Positions 6,897 through 16,178 of a stretch of DNA of 19,361 bases are shown here, one piece after another; within the stretch, counting starts at the first letter, position 1, and each line of letters begins with the position of its first letter. The DNA is from an uncultured delta proteobacterium (GTDB taxonomy: Bacteria > Myxococcota > Myxococcia > Myxococcales > Anaeromyxobacteraceae). The stretch lies in assembly GCA_963828255.1 (NCBI GenBank), contig CAWHDZ010000001.1, positions 1 to 19,361 of the forward strand, read 5' to 3'. The notes beneath the pieces are model-generated. The model was not told where the DNA came from and did not search any database. It saw only the letters and a program-made list of their open reading frames with translations. The translations under genes were made by a program, and so were the position numbers.

Positions 6897-6909
6897 CAAG
6901 TGCATGATG
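6897..6909 (-). promoter_or_regulatory. IHF-like site beside attR
   Basis: Minus strand CATCATGCACTTG has two mismatches to WATCAANNNNTTR and lies between the arm repeats and the core. Confidence 0.3.
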
Positions 6910-6931
6910 TGACTGATCGTCAAATTGGTTT

Positions 6932-6974
6932 CCTAAACCGTAGGCCACGTGTTCGAGTCACGTCGGGGCCACCA
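6932..6974 (+). repeat. attR: displaced 3' fragment of tRNA-Arg(CCT) with encoded CCA
   Basis: Identical to 1-41 and continues to ...GCC-A-CCA. The upstream sequence (caaattggt) provides no D arm or 5' acceptor strand. Confidence 0.93.
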
Positions 6975-7017
6975 CTTTCCCCGGGGCGGCAGGGCCCCAA
7001 CGTTTCACTGGCGGAGC

Positions 7018-7176
7018 GGGACCGGGATCTGGTCGAGTCCGGTCCCATGCTCTCCGGCAGCATCGCGGCCGCGCTGGGGGGAGCTCACCGAGGGATTGAA
7101 CCTCATCGCCCGCCCGATCGTGCCCTGCCTCAGCATCCCGCTCCCCGGAGGGGAGAGGAGCACGGGCCTGGGCGAT
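7018..7176. other. GC-rich stem-loops between the tRNA 3' end and the convergent kinase (possible terminators)
   Basis: GGGACCGG/CCGGTCCC (7018-7046) and an interrupted long hairpin ATCGCCC...GGGCGAT (7105-7176) capped by CTCCCC-GGA-GGGGAG. No U-tract. Confidence 0.35.
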
Positions 7177-8999
7177 CAAGGGCCGGCGGACGGCGAGGCC
7201 GCCATTCCGTCCATGAGCGCCTGGAAGCGGGGCTGCCCGCGCAGCGACGAGAGGTCGGGGTCGCGTTCCATCCACTCCCTGTTCCGGAACCCGGCCCGCA
7301 CCACCTCCTCGAGGCAGGTGAGCGCATCGTCGAGGGCGCCCTCGACGGCGTAGAGGCAGGCCACGTTGTAGCGGACCCCGGCGTCGAGCGGGTCGATGGC
7401 GAGCGCCTGCCTCGCCCAGTGGAGCCCCTCCTCCCGCCGCCCGGTGCGGGCCAGGCAGACGGCCCGCATCGTCGCGGCCCTCGGGTCGTCGGGGTTCATC
7501 TCCATGTGGCGCTCGCAGACTCCGAGCGCGACCCGGTAGGCCTCCGCCGCGGCCTCGCTCGCTCCCCCGGCCTCGCTGGCCTGGGCGGCGAAGAAGGCCG
7601 CCTGGTAGTCCTCCCGGACGGCGTTCGCCTCGCGGCAGAGGCGGGCGGCCAGCTCGTGCCGCCCCTGCTGGAAGCAGGCGCGGGCGTAGAAGTAGCGGGC
7701 CTCCGGGCGGGAGGGATTGGCCGCGATGGCGATGAGGAACTCCTTCTCGGCCTCCTCGACGCGCCGGGAGAGGAAGAGGGTGAGCCCGCGGGCGGCGTGG
7801 GCCTCGGCGAGCCCCGGATCGAGCTCCAGGGCCCGGAGGCTGGCCGCCTCGGCGATGCGGAGCTGCTCCCCATCCGGGGACGGGTAGAGCATCTGCAACT
7901 GGGCCGCGCCCCCGGCCAGGCCGGCGTGCGCCGGCGCGTAGAGCGGATCGACCTCGGTCGCCTTCGAGAACATCTCGCAGGCGAAGCGGAGGTTGGCCTT
8001 CCGCGGGACCTTGAGGAACTGCCGGGCGCGCTGGCAGAAATCGTAGGCCCGGGCGTCGGCGGTCGGAACCCGACGCACACGCACCGGCACCGAGGCCACG
8101 GCGGCCGGGGCGCGGGAGAGCTCCTCGATGGCGGCCTCGATCCCGGGAAGGGCCTGCCCGGCGTCCCGCGGCCGGTCCACCGGGTCCTTCTTCAGCATGA
8201 GCTGGAGGAGGGGTCCGATCGAGGGGGCGCCCGCGACCTCCAGGGCCGGCGCCGGTTCGGGGCCCTGCGCGGTCCGGCCTCCGTCGTCCAGGAAGGGTGG
8301 TTCCCCGGCCAGCAGCCGGTGGAGAAGGACGCCGAGAGCGAAGACGTCGGTCCGCTCGTCCTCCGGGGCGCCTCGCCACTGCTCGGGGGCCATGTACGCC
8401 GGCGTTCCGCCGCCGGACCGCGCCTGACCGAAGGCGTGGGCCAGCCCGAAGTCGAGGACCTTGACCGCGCCGTCCTCGCAGAGGAAGACGTTGGCCGGCT
8501 TGAGATCGCGATGGACCACTCCGTTCGCATGGGCGTGCGCCACCGCGCGGGTCGTGGCCAGGACGATGCGCAGCGCCTCCGAGGGCGGGAGGGGCCCGTA
8601 GTCGAGCCGCTCGGCGAGGGTCCAGCCGCGCAGGAGCTCCAGCACCAGGTAGGGGCCGTGGGCGCCCTGCCCGACGTCGAGGAGGGAGACGATCCCGGGG
8701 TGGACGATCCTCCCCGCGACCTCCGCCTCGTGGAGCAGGCGCGCCTCGCGGATGCCCGCCTTCCCGCCGGGGCGAACCGCCTTGAAGGCCACGTGCCTGC
8801 CGGACTGCCGGTCCACCGCCTCCCAGACCACGCCGAAGCCGCCCCGGCCAATCTCGCGGACCAGCTCGACCGGCCCGACCTTCACTCCGGGTGCGAGCCA
8901 GCTGCTCCATCCCTCCCCCACCTCGGAGGGCGGGGCATCCGCCAGTTCCTCGAGCAGGCGGGTCACGGCTCCAGGCGCCGGGCGCCCCTCGTCCCTCAT
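7176..8999 (-). CDS. Hanks-type Ser/Thr protein kinase with C-terminal TPR repeats
   Basis: GRGGFGVV, VAFK, HRDLKPAN, DFG, GTPAYMAPE and DVFALG motifs, then TPR-like helices ending YNVACLYA...DPDLSSLR. Confidence 0.95.
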   Translation of the reverse strand: MRDEGRPAPGAVTRLLEELADAPPSEVGEGWSSWLAPGVKVGPVELVREIGRGGFGVVWEAVDRQSGRHVAFKAVRPGGKAGIREARLLHEAEVAGRIVHPGIVSLLDVGQGAHGPYLVLELLRGWTLAERLDYGPLPPSEALRIVLATTRAVAHAHANGVVHRDLKPANVFLCEDGAVKVLDFGLAHAFGQARSGGGTPAYMAPEQWRGAPEDERTDVFALGVLLHRLLAGEPPFLDDGGRTAQGPEPAPALEVAGAPSIGPLLQLMLKKDPVDRPRDAGQALPGIEAAIEELSRAPAAVASVPVRVRRVPTADARAYDFCQRARQFLKVPRKANLRFACEMFSKATEVDPLYAPAHAGLAGGAAQLQMLYPSPDGEQLRIAEAASLRALELDPGLAEAHAARGLTLFLSRRVEEAEKEFLIAIAANPSRPEARYFYARACFQQGRHELAARLCREANAVREDYQAAFFAAQASEAGGASEAAAEAYRVALGVCERHMEMNPDDPRAATMRAVCLARTGRREEGLHWARQALAIDPLDAGVRYNVACLYAVEGALDDALTCLEEVVRAGFRNREWMERDPDLSSLRGQPRFQALMDGMAASPSAGP

Positions 9000-9006
9000 G
9001 CCAGGA

Positions 9007-9015
9007 AGGATATCA
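9007..9015 (-). promoter_or_regulatory. Extended -10 element for a probably leaderless kinase mRNA
   Basis: Minus strand TG-A-TATCCT lies 7 nt before ATG 8999; no RBS. Confidence 0.4.
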
Positions 9016-9065
9016 GCACCGGGGGACTGGACCCCGCCGGTCTTTTCGGCTTTGGGTAGACCACG

Positions 9066-10439
9066 ATGGCATCCCCGGGAAACCCGCGACTCCGCCCCGC
9101 CGCCGTCCCGCCGCCGGTGCTCGGCGTCCTCCGGAGGCTGACGGATGCCGGCCACCGCGCCTGGCTGGTCGGGGGCGTGGTCCGCGACCTCCTCCTCGAC
9201 CGCACCCGCCACGATCCCGGCGAGTTCGACGTGGCGTCGAAGGCCACTCCCACGGAGGTGCAGGCCCTCTTCCGCAAGGTGATCCCGACCGGCATCGACC
9301 ACGGAACCGTGACCGTCGTCGAGGGAGGGGCGCGGGTCGAGGTGACCACCTTCCGCGGGGAGGAGGCCTACGTGGACGGACGCCGCCCGAGCCGGGTCAC
9401 CTTCCACGACGACCTCGAGGCCGACCTGGCCCGGCGCGACTTCACCGTGAACGCCATGGCCTGGGACCCGCTCTCGGGGGAGCTGCGCGACCCCCACGGT
9501 GGCAGGGCCGACCTCGCCCGGAAGCTCATCCGGGCGGTGGGCGACCCGCGCGAGCGCTTCGCCGAGGACGGGCTCCGCCCGATGCGGGGCGTGCGCTTCG
9601 TCTCCCAGCTGGGATTCCGGCTCGCACCGCAGACCCGCGACGCCATCCCGGGGGCGCTCCAGGTGGTCGCCCTGGTCTCCCGCGAGCGGGTGGCGGAGGA
9701 GCTGTCGCGACTGCTCGTCGGGCCCCACGCCGCCAGCGGGATCGCCGCCCTCGCGGCCACCGGCCTCCTCCCGGTCGTGCTGCCGCGCCTCGCCGCCCTG
9801 CCGACCGCCCGGGTCCGGCACGCGCTCGCCGTCGCCTCCGAGCCCTTCCCGACGCCCCGAGGCGCCGTTCCGGACGAGGCGCGGGAGCGCTGCCGCCTGC
9901 TCCGGATGGCTGCGCTCCTCCATGTGCTCCCGCCGGAGGAGGCCATGCAGGCGGTGGTCGAGCTTCGCCTGCCCAACCGGCTCGCCACCGGCGTCGTCGC
10001 CCTCTCGGGCGGCCGCTGCGGGCTCGACGAGAAGGGGCCATCCGAAGGAAACGGTGGCCACGCGGGAACGAGGCGTTGGCTCGCGTCGGTCGGGCGCGAG
10101 CGGGCCCCGCTCTTCCTCGCGCTCTGGAAGGCCGACGCCCGGCACCAGGGGGCGCGGACGGCGACGCGTGTCGCCGAGGTCCGGAGATTCGCGGCCAGGG
10201 TGGCGGCCGAGCTCCGCAGCGGCGCGCCGCTCTCGGTCGCCGAGCTGGCGCTGGGCGGGAAGGAAGTCATGGACCTCCTCCCCGGAATATCGGGGAGGGA
10301 CGTCGGGGAGGCCCTGCGCCTCCTCCTCGACGAGGTCCTGGAAGTGCCCGCCACGAACACGAAGGCCCGCCTTTCCGCCAGGTTGCGTTCCTGGGGGGAG
10401 GGGCGGCCGGCGGACCTCGCGGGCGCCGGGAAGGGTTGA
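9066..10439 (+). CDS. cca: tRNA nucleotidyltransferase (class II CCA-adding enzyme)
   Basis: LVGGVVRD, TGIDHGTV, EVTTFR.E..Y.DGRRP flexible loop, DLARRDFTVNAMA and RFAEDGLR motifs. No poly(A) polymerase G-[RK]-R-F signature. Confidence 0.9.
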   Translation: MASPGNPRLRPAAVPPPVLGVLRRLTDAGHRAWLVGGVVRDLLLDRTRHDPGEFDVASKATPTEVQALFRKVIPTGIDHGTVTVVEGGARVEVTTFRGEEAYVDGRRPSRVTFHDDLEADLARRDFTVNAMAWDPLSGELRDPHGGRADLARKLIRAVGDPRERFAEDGLRPMRGVRFVSQLGFRLAPQTRDAIPGALQVVALVSRERVAEELSRLLVGPHAASGIAALAATGLLPVVLPRLAALPTARVRHALAVASEPFPTPRGAVPDEARERCRLLRMAALLHVLPPEEAMQAVVELRLPNRLATGVVALSGGRCGLDEKGPSEGNGGHAGTRRWLASVGRERAPLFLALWKADARHQGARTATRVAEVRRFAARVAAELRSGAPLSVAELALGGKEVMDLLPGISGRDVGEALRLLLDEVLEVPATNTKARLSARLRSWGEGRPADLAGAGKG

Positions 10440-10513
10440 CCCGACGCGTCGTTTTCCGGAGCCGCCGGGGCAGGGCGGGACTATCATCCCAACCCGTCCG
10501 GAAGCCCCCCACC

Positions 10514-11728
10514 ATGCCCCAGCGCATCCTCTGCATCGAGAGCGACCTTCCCTTCCGCGCGCGCGTCCGCCGGCTCCTCGAGTCCGATGGCTTCGCGGTG
10601 GACGAGGCATCGTCCGGCCTGGCAGGCATCCAGCGGGCGCTCAACCTGCCCCCCGACCTGGTCATCGCGGACGTCCACCTCCCGGACATCGACGGCGTGG
10701 AGATCGCCAGCCGCTTGAAGCAGGAGAAGGCCCTGGCCAGCGTGCCCTTCCTGGCGCTCGGTGACGCCGCCAGCGAGCACGACCTGGCGCTCGCCGCCGG
10801 GGCCGACGCCTTCCTGGCCCGGCCGGTGGACGACGCCCGGCTGCTGGCCGAGGTCCACGCGGTGCTGGGAGGGCAGCGGGAGCGTCTTCCGGAGGCCGGG
10901 GAGCGGGCCGGGCTCCGCGCCCTCTCCGCGGCCATGGTGAACCACCTCGAGCACGCCCTCGAGGACGCCCGGGGGTGGGAGGAGCGCTGCCTCGAGCGGG
11001 ACCGGCTCAGCCGCATCTTCATCGGCAACCTGGCCCACGAGCTCCGCACGGCGCTCACGCCCATGTCGGGGTACCTCAAGATCCTCGCGTCCAACAAGCT
11101 CGGGCCGCTCTCGGCGCAGCAGGCGCGCATCCTCGAGTCGATCCAGGGAGCCACCGGCCGCCTCACCCGCGTGGTGGAGAACCTGTCCGACTTCGCCACG
11201 CTCCAGTCCTCCGACGCGGCGCTCTTCCCCGCCGACGTCGATGCCGACGCCCTCGCCGAGGAGGTGGTGGCCGACCTCCGCCCCGCCATCCGCGAGGCCC
11301 GGCTCCACGTCGCCGTGCAGAAGGCCGGGGGCGGCCCCATCACCGCCGACCCCCGCAAGCTCCGGCAAGCTCTCGCCAACGTCGTGGGCAACGCCGTGAA
11401 GTTCTCCCCGCACGGCGGCGAGGTGCTCGTGGAGGTCCAGCGCGACGACAGGGCGCTGCGCTTCGCCGTGTCGGATCAGGGGCCGGGCATCGTTCCGCAG
11501 GAGCAGAAGCACGTCTTCGAGCCCTTCTCCCACGCCGCGGGGAAGGACGAGAGGGCCAAGCACCCCGGGAGCGGCCTGGGACTCCCGGTGGCGCGGCGCA
11601 TCGTCGAGGCCCACGGGGGGACCATCTCGCTGGAGAGCCCGCCGCGCGCCCAGTCGGAGGGGGTGCGGCGCCAGTTCACCGGCTCCAAGTTCGTCCTCGA
11701 GATTCCCCTCCAGGCGGCGACGGGCTAG
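10514..11728 (+). CDS. Cytoplasmic hybrid response regulator / histidine kinase (REC-HisKA-HATPase)
   Basis: [15 protein letters not shown] receiver, AHELRT H-box, [19 protein letters not shown] and GSGLGL. Confidence 0.93.
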   Translation: MPQRILCIESDLPFRARVRRLLESDGFAVDEASSGLAGIQRALNLPPDLVIADVHLPDIDGVEIASRLKQEKALASVPFLALGDAASEHDLALAAGADAFLARPVDDARLLAEVHAVLGGQRERLPEAGERAGLRALSAAMVNHLEHALEDARGWEERCLERDRLSRIFIGNLAHELRTALTPMSGYLKILASNKLGPLSAQQARILESIQGATGRLTRVVENLSDFATLQSSDAALFPADVDADALAEEVVADLRPAIREARLHVAVQKAGGGPITADPRKLRQALANVVGNAVKFSPHGGEVLVEVQRDDRALRFAVSDQGPGIVPQEQKHVFEPFSHAAGKDERAKHPGSGLGLPVARRIVEAHGGTISLESPPRAQSEGVRRQFTGSKFVLEIPLQAATG

Positions 11729-11732
11729 GCCG

Positions 11733-12791
11733 GTGCGGGTGCTCGTGGCCATGTCGGGCGGCGTGGACTCGTCGGCCGCCGCGGCCCTCCTGGTCGCCCA
11801 GGGGCACGAGGTGCTGGGCGTCTCCATGCGGGTCCGCGACGCCTCCGACCCTGCCCGGGGGCGCTCCTGCTGCTCCCCCGACGATCTCGAGGACGCCCGC
11901 GCGGTGGCTCGCCACCTGGGGATCCCCTTCTACGTCGCCAACGTGGAGGAGGAGTTCGGCCGGCGCGTGGTGGACCGCTTCGTGGACGACTACCTGGCCG
12001 GGCTCACCCCCAACCCCTGCATCACCTGCAACGCCGAGGTGAAGTTCGACTGGCTGCTGCGCCGGGCCCGCGCGCTGGGGGCCAGGCTCGCCACCGGCCA
12101 CTACGCGCGGGTGGAGCGCCGCGGGGACAGGCTGGCCTTGCTGGCCGGCGCCAATCCCCGCAAGGACCAGAGCTACTTTCTCCACGGGCTGGGGCAGGCC
12201 GAGCTCGCGGACCTGATCTTCCCGGTGGGGAGCCTGACCAAGGGCGAGGTGCGGGAGCTGGCCGCCCGCGCCGGCCTCTCCACGGCCGAGAAGGCCGAGT
12301 CGCAGGAGATCTGCTTCGTCACCGACGGCGACGCGGGCCGGTTCGTCGAGCTCAGGCGTCCCGGGTCGGCGCGCCCCGGGGAGGTGGTGGACGGGGAGGG
12401 GCGGGTGCTGGGGCGGCACGGCGGCGTGCACCGGTTCACCGTGGGTCAGAGGCGCGGGCTCGGCGTGGCCCGGGGCGAACCGTCCTACGTGGTCCGGATC
12501 GAGCCCGGTTCCGCCCGGGTGGTGGTGGGGACCGCGGCCGAGGCCGGGAGCGAGCGGTTCCAGGTCGAGGAGGTCCGCTGGTCGGCAGGGGCACCCCCGG
12601 CCGGACCACGTTCCTTCCTGGTCCGGGTGCGCCACAGGCACGATGGAGAGCAGGGAGAGGTCATGCCGGAGGCCGGGGGGAGGGCGCAGGTCCGCCTGCG
12701 CGCCGCCGTGCGGGGCGTCGCCCCCGGGCAGGCCGCGGTCTTCTACGACGGCGACGAGGTGGTGGGCGGTGGACGGATCGCGCGCGGATAG
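11733..12791 (+). CDS. mnmA: tRNA 2-thiouridine(34) synthase
   Basis: [45 protein letters not shown] and PGQAAVFY. Confidence 0.97.
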   Translation: MRVLVAMSGGVDSSAAAALLVAQGHEVLGVSMRVRDASDPARGRSCCSPDDLEDARAVARHLGIPFYVANVEEEFGRRVVDRFVDDYLAGLTPNPCITCNAEVKFDWLLRRARALGARLATGHYARVERRGDRLALLAGANPRKDQSYFLHGLGQAELADLIFPVGSLTKGEVRELAARAGLSTAEKAESQEICFVTDGDAGRFVELRRPGSARPGEVVDGEGRVLGRHGGVHRFTVGQRRGLGVARGEPSYVVRIEPGSARVVVGTAAEAGSERFQVEEVRWSAGAPPAGPRSFLVRVRHRHDGEQGEVMPEAGGRAQVRLRAAVRGVAPGQAAVFYDGDEVVGGGRIARG

Positions 12792-14085
12792 GCTCACGAC
12801 GGTCTCGCTCGGGTGCCGGGTGGGCCGGGCCGACGCCGGGTCGATCGCCGCCTCCCTCCCCGAAGGCTTCCGCGCCGCCGCTCCGGGCGAGAGGGCCGAC
12901 TGGGTGCTCGTCTCCACCTGCTCGGTGACCGCGGACGCCGCGTCCTCCTCCCGGCAGGCGGTGCGCCGCGCCGCGCGGGAGCACCCGGGCGCCCGCATCG
13001 TCGTGGCCGGTTGTCACGTCGCGCAGGAGGGGGAGATCCTGGCCGCGCTCCCCGGGGTCGCGGCGGTGGTCGGCCCTCGGGATCACCCGGTGATCCCCGG
13101 GCTCCTCCTGGCGCTGCGCGACGGCGCCGACGCAGGTGCGGCGCTCGCCGTGGCCAGGAAGGACGCGCCCGGATGGGGCGGCGCGCCCGCGGCCGGATCG
13201 GGTGACGCCCGACCGGTGCTCAAGGTGCAGGATGGATGCGACGACGCCTGCGCATACTGTGTCGTGCCGTCCGCCCGGGGCGGCTCCCGGTCGCTCCCGA
13301 TCGGCGCGTGCCTGGCCCGGCTCGCCTCCCTCGGCGCCAACCGGTCCGAGGTGGTCCTCTCCGGGGTCCACCTGGGCGGGTGGGGACGGGACCTCTCGCC
13401 GCGCCTCTCGCTCGCGGACCTCCTGCGCGTGGTGGCGTCCGCGCGGACCGTCCGGCGCATCCGGCTCTCCTCCGTCGAGCCCGCCGAGTTCCCGGTGGGG
13501 ATCCTGGCCGAGGAGGCGGGCGCCGTCCTCTGCGAGCACTTCCACCTCCCGCTCCAGAGCGGCTCCGACCGGATGCTCGCGGCGATGGGACGGCCATACC
13601 GCGCCGCAGGGTACGCGCGGGTCGTGGAGGGCGTGGCCCGGGCCAGCCCGCGCGCGGCCCTGGGCGCCGACGTGATGACCGGGTTTCCCGGGGAGACCGA
13701 GGAAGATCACCGGGACACGCTGGCCCTGATCGCGTCGCTGCCGCTCGCCTACCTTCACGTCTTCGCCTTCTCACCCCGCCCTGGAACGCGGGCGGAGGCC
13801 ATGGAGGGCCGGGTGCCTTCCGAGGTGGCCGCCCGGCGCGCCGCCGGGTTGCGGGAGGTTTCGGCGCGGCGGTGGGCGGCCTTCCAGGAGGGGCTGCGGG
13901 GCCGGGAACTCGAGGTCGTGGTGGAGCGCATCCGGGGCCCCGAGGCCAGCGGAACGTCGCGCGAGTACGCCAAGGTCAGGTTCCCCGCGCACGGGTCGGT
14001 CCGGGGGGCCCTCACCAGGGTCCGCGCCGGAGACCTGGGGGTATCGCTGGGAAGCAAGGTTGCTCGCGCCGCGGCGGCGTCGTAG
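12769..14085 (+). CDS. mtaB: MiaB/RimO-family radical SAM methylthiotransferase, MtaB-type
   Basis: SLGC, STCSVT and VAGC (N-terminal cluster Cys), [36 protein letters not shown] and [11 protein letters not shown]. Start GTG 12769 is approximate. Confidence 0.85.
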   Translation: MDGSRADRLTTVSLGCRVGRADAGSIAASLPEGFRAAAPGERADWVLVSTCSVTADAASSSRQAVRRAAREHPGARIVVAGCHVAQEGEILAALPGVAAVVGPRDHPVIPGLLLALRDGADAGAALAVARKDAPGWGGAPAAGSGDARPVLKVQDGCDDACAYCVVPSARGGSRSLPIGACLARLASLGANRSEVVLSGVHLGGWGRDLSPRLSLADLLRVVASARTVRRIRLSSVEPAEFPVGILAEEAGAVLCEHFHLPLQSGSDRMLAAMGRPYRAAGYARVVEGVARASPRAALGADVMTGFPGETEEDHRDTLALIASLPLAYLHVFAFSPRPGTRAEAMEGRVPSEVAARRAAGLREVSARRWAAFQEGLRGRELEVVVERIRGPEASGTSREYAKVRFPAHGSVRGALTRVRAGDLGVSLGSKVARAAAAS

Positions 14086-14094
14086 GAAGCAACG

Positions 14095-15669
14095 ATGCGA
14101 CTTCCCGACGGACGCGAGGTCCCGGACCTGCACGTCGATCCGGAGGTGGTGGCGCGCTGCCGTGCGCTCGCCGACCGGGTCACCGGCCAGGTGATGGGGT
14201 TCGTCGGGCGCCACACCACCGTGTCGATCGAGCGAACCGCGCTCCGGCAGCTCGGCTTCCACGACGCCGGGCCGCGCGGGATCCCGCTCGTCAACCTCAT
14301 GGTGGACGCGATCCACGAGCGCGGCCTCCTGGGGAGGGGAGCGGCGTACTGGTTCGGTTGGGCGCTCCGGCAGGGCGCGCGGGACCCCGTGCAGGTGGTC
14401 GAGCGGATCACCGGGCTGCCGCGGGAGCCCGCGGCGCTTCCTCCCGGCGAGGACCGTGCGCTGCGGGAGGAGGTCACCCGGGAGGCCCGCGCCTCCGCCG
14501 ACGAGCTGCGCCGCCGGATCCAGTCCCGCGACGCCCTCCGCGAGGAGCTGGGCATGGGGCCGAGGCCCCACAAGTACCTCATCGTCGCCACCGGCAACAT
14601 CCACGACGACGTGGAGCAGGCCCGCGCCGCCGCCCAGGCCGGGGCCGACATCATCGCCGTCATCCGCTCCACCGCCCAGTCGCTCCTCGACTACGTGCCC
14701 CACGGAGCCACCACCGAGGGCTACGGCGGCACCTACGCCACGCAGGAGAACTTCCGCATCATGCGCGAGGCGCTCGACGCGGAGTCGAGGCGGCTCCGGC
14801 GCTACGTGATGCTCACCAACTACGCGTCCGGGCTCTGCATGGGCGAGATCGCCTACTCGGCGGCCTGGGAGCGGCTCGACATGCTGCTCAACGACGCCAT
14901 GTACGGCATCCTCTTCCGCGACATCAACATGAAGCGGACGCTGTGCGACCAGCACTTCTCGCGGCGCGTGACCGCCTTCGCGGGCGTGATCATCAACACC
15001 GGCGAGGACAACTACATCACCACCGCCGACGCCGACGAGGGCGCCCACACGGTCATCGCCAGCCAGTTCGTGAACGAGTCGTTCGCCCACCGCGCCGGCC
15101 TGCCCGACCGGCTCATCGGGCTCGGGCACAGCTTCGAGATCGACCCGCACCGGGAGGACACGCTGGCGCGGGAGATGGCCCAGGCCCTGCTCGTGCGCAC
15201 CCTCTTCCCCGACGCCCCCATCAAGTACATGCCCCCCACCAAGCACAAGGAGGGGGACATCTTCTTCAGCCACGCCTACGACGTGCAGGCCGACGTGGTG
15301 GCCCGGGTCACCGGCCAGTCGATCCAGCTCCTCGGCATGATGACCGAGGCCATGCACAACCCGTTCATGATGGACCGGTACGTGGCGCTGAAGAGCGCCG
15401 ACTACGTCTACCGGGCCTGGAAGTCCATGGGCGGCGAGATCCAGTTCCGCAGGGGGGGCATGGTGGAGCGCCGGGCCGCGGAGACGCTGGGGAGGGCCCT
15501 CCACCTCCTCGAGGAGGTGGCCGACGAGGGGCTCTTCGCCGCCATCGGGAAGGCCCGCTTCGGGGACGTTTCGCGGCGCGAGGACGGGGGCAAGGGGCTC
15601 GCGGGGGTGGTCGAGCGGGAGCCCGGCTACTTCAACCCGTTCCTCGACATCCTGGAGGGGCGCGCGTGA
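14095..15669 (+). CDS. kamD: Lysine 5,6-aminomutase alpha subunit
   Basis: HTTVSIER, YLIVATGNI, IAVIRSTAQSLLDYVP, TNYASGLCM, NTGEDNY, KYMPPTK and YFNPF. Confidence 0.96.
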   Translation: MRLPDGREVPDLHVDPEVVARCRALADRVTGQVMGFVGRHTTVSIERTALRQLGFHDAGPRGIPLVNLMVDAIHERGLLGRGAAYWFGWALRQGARDPVQVVERITGLPREPAALPPGEDRALREEVTREARASADELRRRIQSRDALREELGMGPRPHKYLIVATGNIHDDVEQARAAAQAGADIIAVIRSTAQSLLDYVPHGATTEGYGGTYATQENFRIMREALDAESRRLRRYVMLTNYASGLCMGEIAYSAAWERLDMLLNDAMYGILFRDINMKRTLCDQHFSRRVTAFAGVIINTGEDNYITTADADEGAHTVIASQFVNESFAHRAGLPDRLIGLGHSFEIDPHREDTLAREMAQALLVRTLFPDAPIKYMPPTKHKEGDIFFSHAYDVQADVVARVTGQSIQLLGMMTEAMHNPFMMDRYVALKSADYVYRAWKSMGGEIQFRRGGMVERRAAETLGRALHLLEEVADEGLFAAIGKARFGDVSRREDGGKGLAGVVEREPGYFNPFLDILEGRA

Positions 15670-16178
15670 GCCGCCGGTTCGCGCCCGGGGCGGTCGTCGC
15701 GGCGGCGCTGCTCCTCGTCTCCTGCGCCCGGGTGGGGCCGGTCTCGCGCCCGACGCCGGACGGATCGGCGCGGATCTACTCCGTGGCCGGCCTCGAGCTC
15801 GAGGTGCCCTCGGGCTGGCGCGCCGAGGGTGATTCACGAAAGGTGAAAGCCGCCTCGCCCGGGGGCGAGGCGATCCTGGAGGCGACGGCCACCTCCGTGG
15901 CCGGCCCTGCAGACCGGTGCCTGGAGGGGGCCGAGGAGGCGCTGGTGCGCGGCGCATCCTCCCTCACCGGCGTGCGGAGGCACGCCACCACCTTCGCGGG
16001 GAGGAAGGCCGTGGCCCAGGAGGCCGACCAGGGCGGCTGGCACGGCTGGGCCTGGGCCACCTGCGACCGCGGCGAGCAGTACCGGGTCTTCCTGTCCTGC
16101 CGCTCCCCGGTCTCCCCGGACATCATCGAGGTGCAGCGCCGGCTCCAGTCCACGGCGCGGCTGGGAGCGGACCCATGA
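15666..16178 (+). CDS. Putative lipoprotein (170 aa)
   Basis: Signal peptide with LVS-C lipobox; LELEVPSGW motif. Overlaps both neighbours by 4 nt. Confidence 0.8.
   Translation: MSRRFAPGAVVAAALLLVSCARVGPVSRPTPDGSARIYSVAGLELEVPSGWRAEGDSRKVKAASPGGEAILEATATSVAGPADRCLEGAEEALVRGASSLTGVRRHATTFAGRKAVAQEADQGGWHGWAWATCDRGEQYRVFLSCRSPVSPDIIEVQRRLQSTARLGADP

Larger units (their letters stand above)
1..6972. mobile_element. ~6.9 kb tRNA-integrated element (phage-satellite-like island or reduced prophage)
   Basis: Bounded by a 41-bp direct repeat of a tRNA 3' end. Integrase sits just inside the left repeat, with an excisionase-like gene, arm-type repeats at both ends and small phage-style ORFs. Confidence 0.92.

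Noticed and set aside
6900..6974. Second complete tRNA gene
   Set aside because: No D arm or 5' acceptor strand; it is only the att fragment.
7089..7111. T-arm-like TGAGG-TTCAATC-CCTCG, or a fluoride-riboswitch-like GGCGATGAGG, on the minus strand
   Set aside because: No cloverleaf can be built and the riboswitch pairing partners are missing.
12769..12850. MtaB as a novel or inactive methylthiotransferase because LGCRVGRAD departs from LGCKVNQ.E
   Set aside because: All six cluster cysteines and the core motifs are retained; the divergence alone is not enough evidence.
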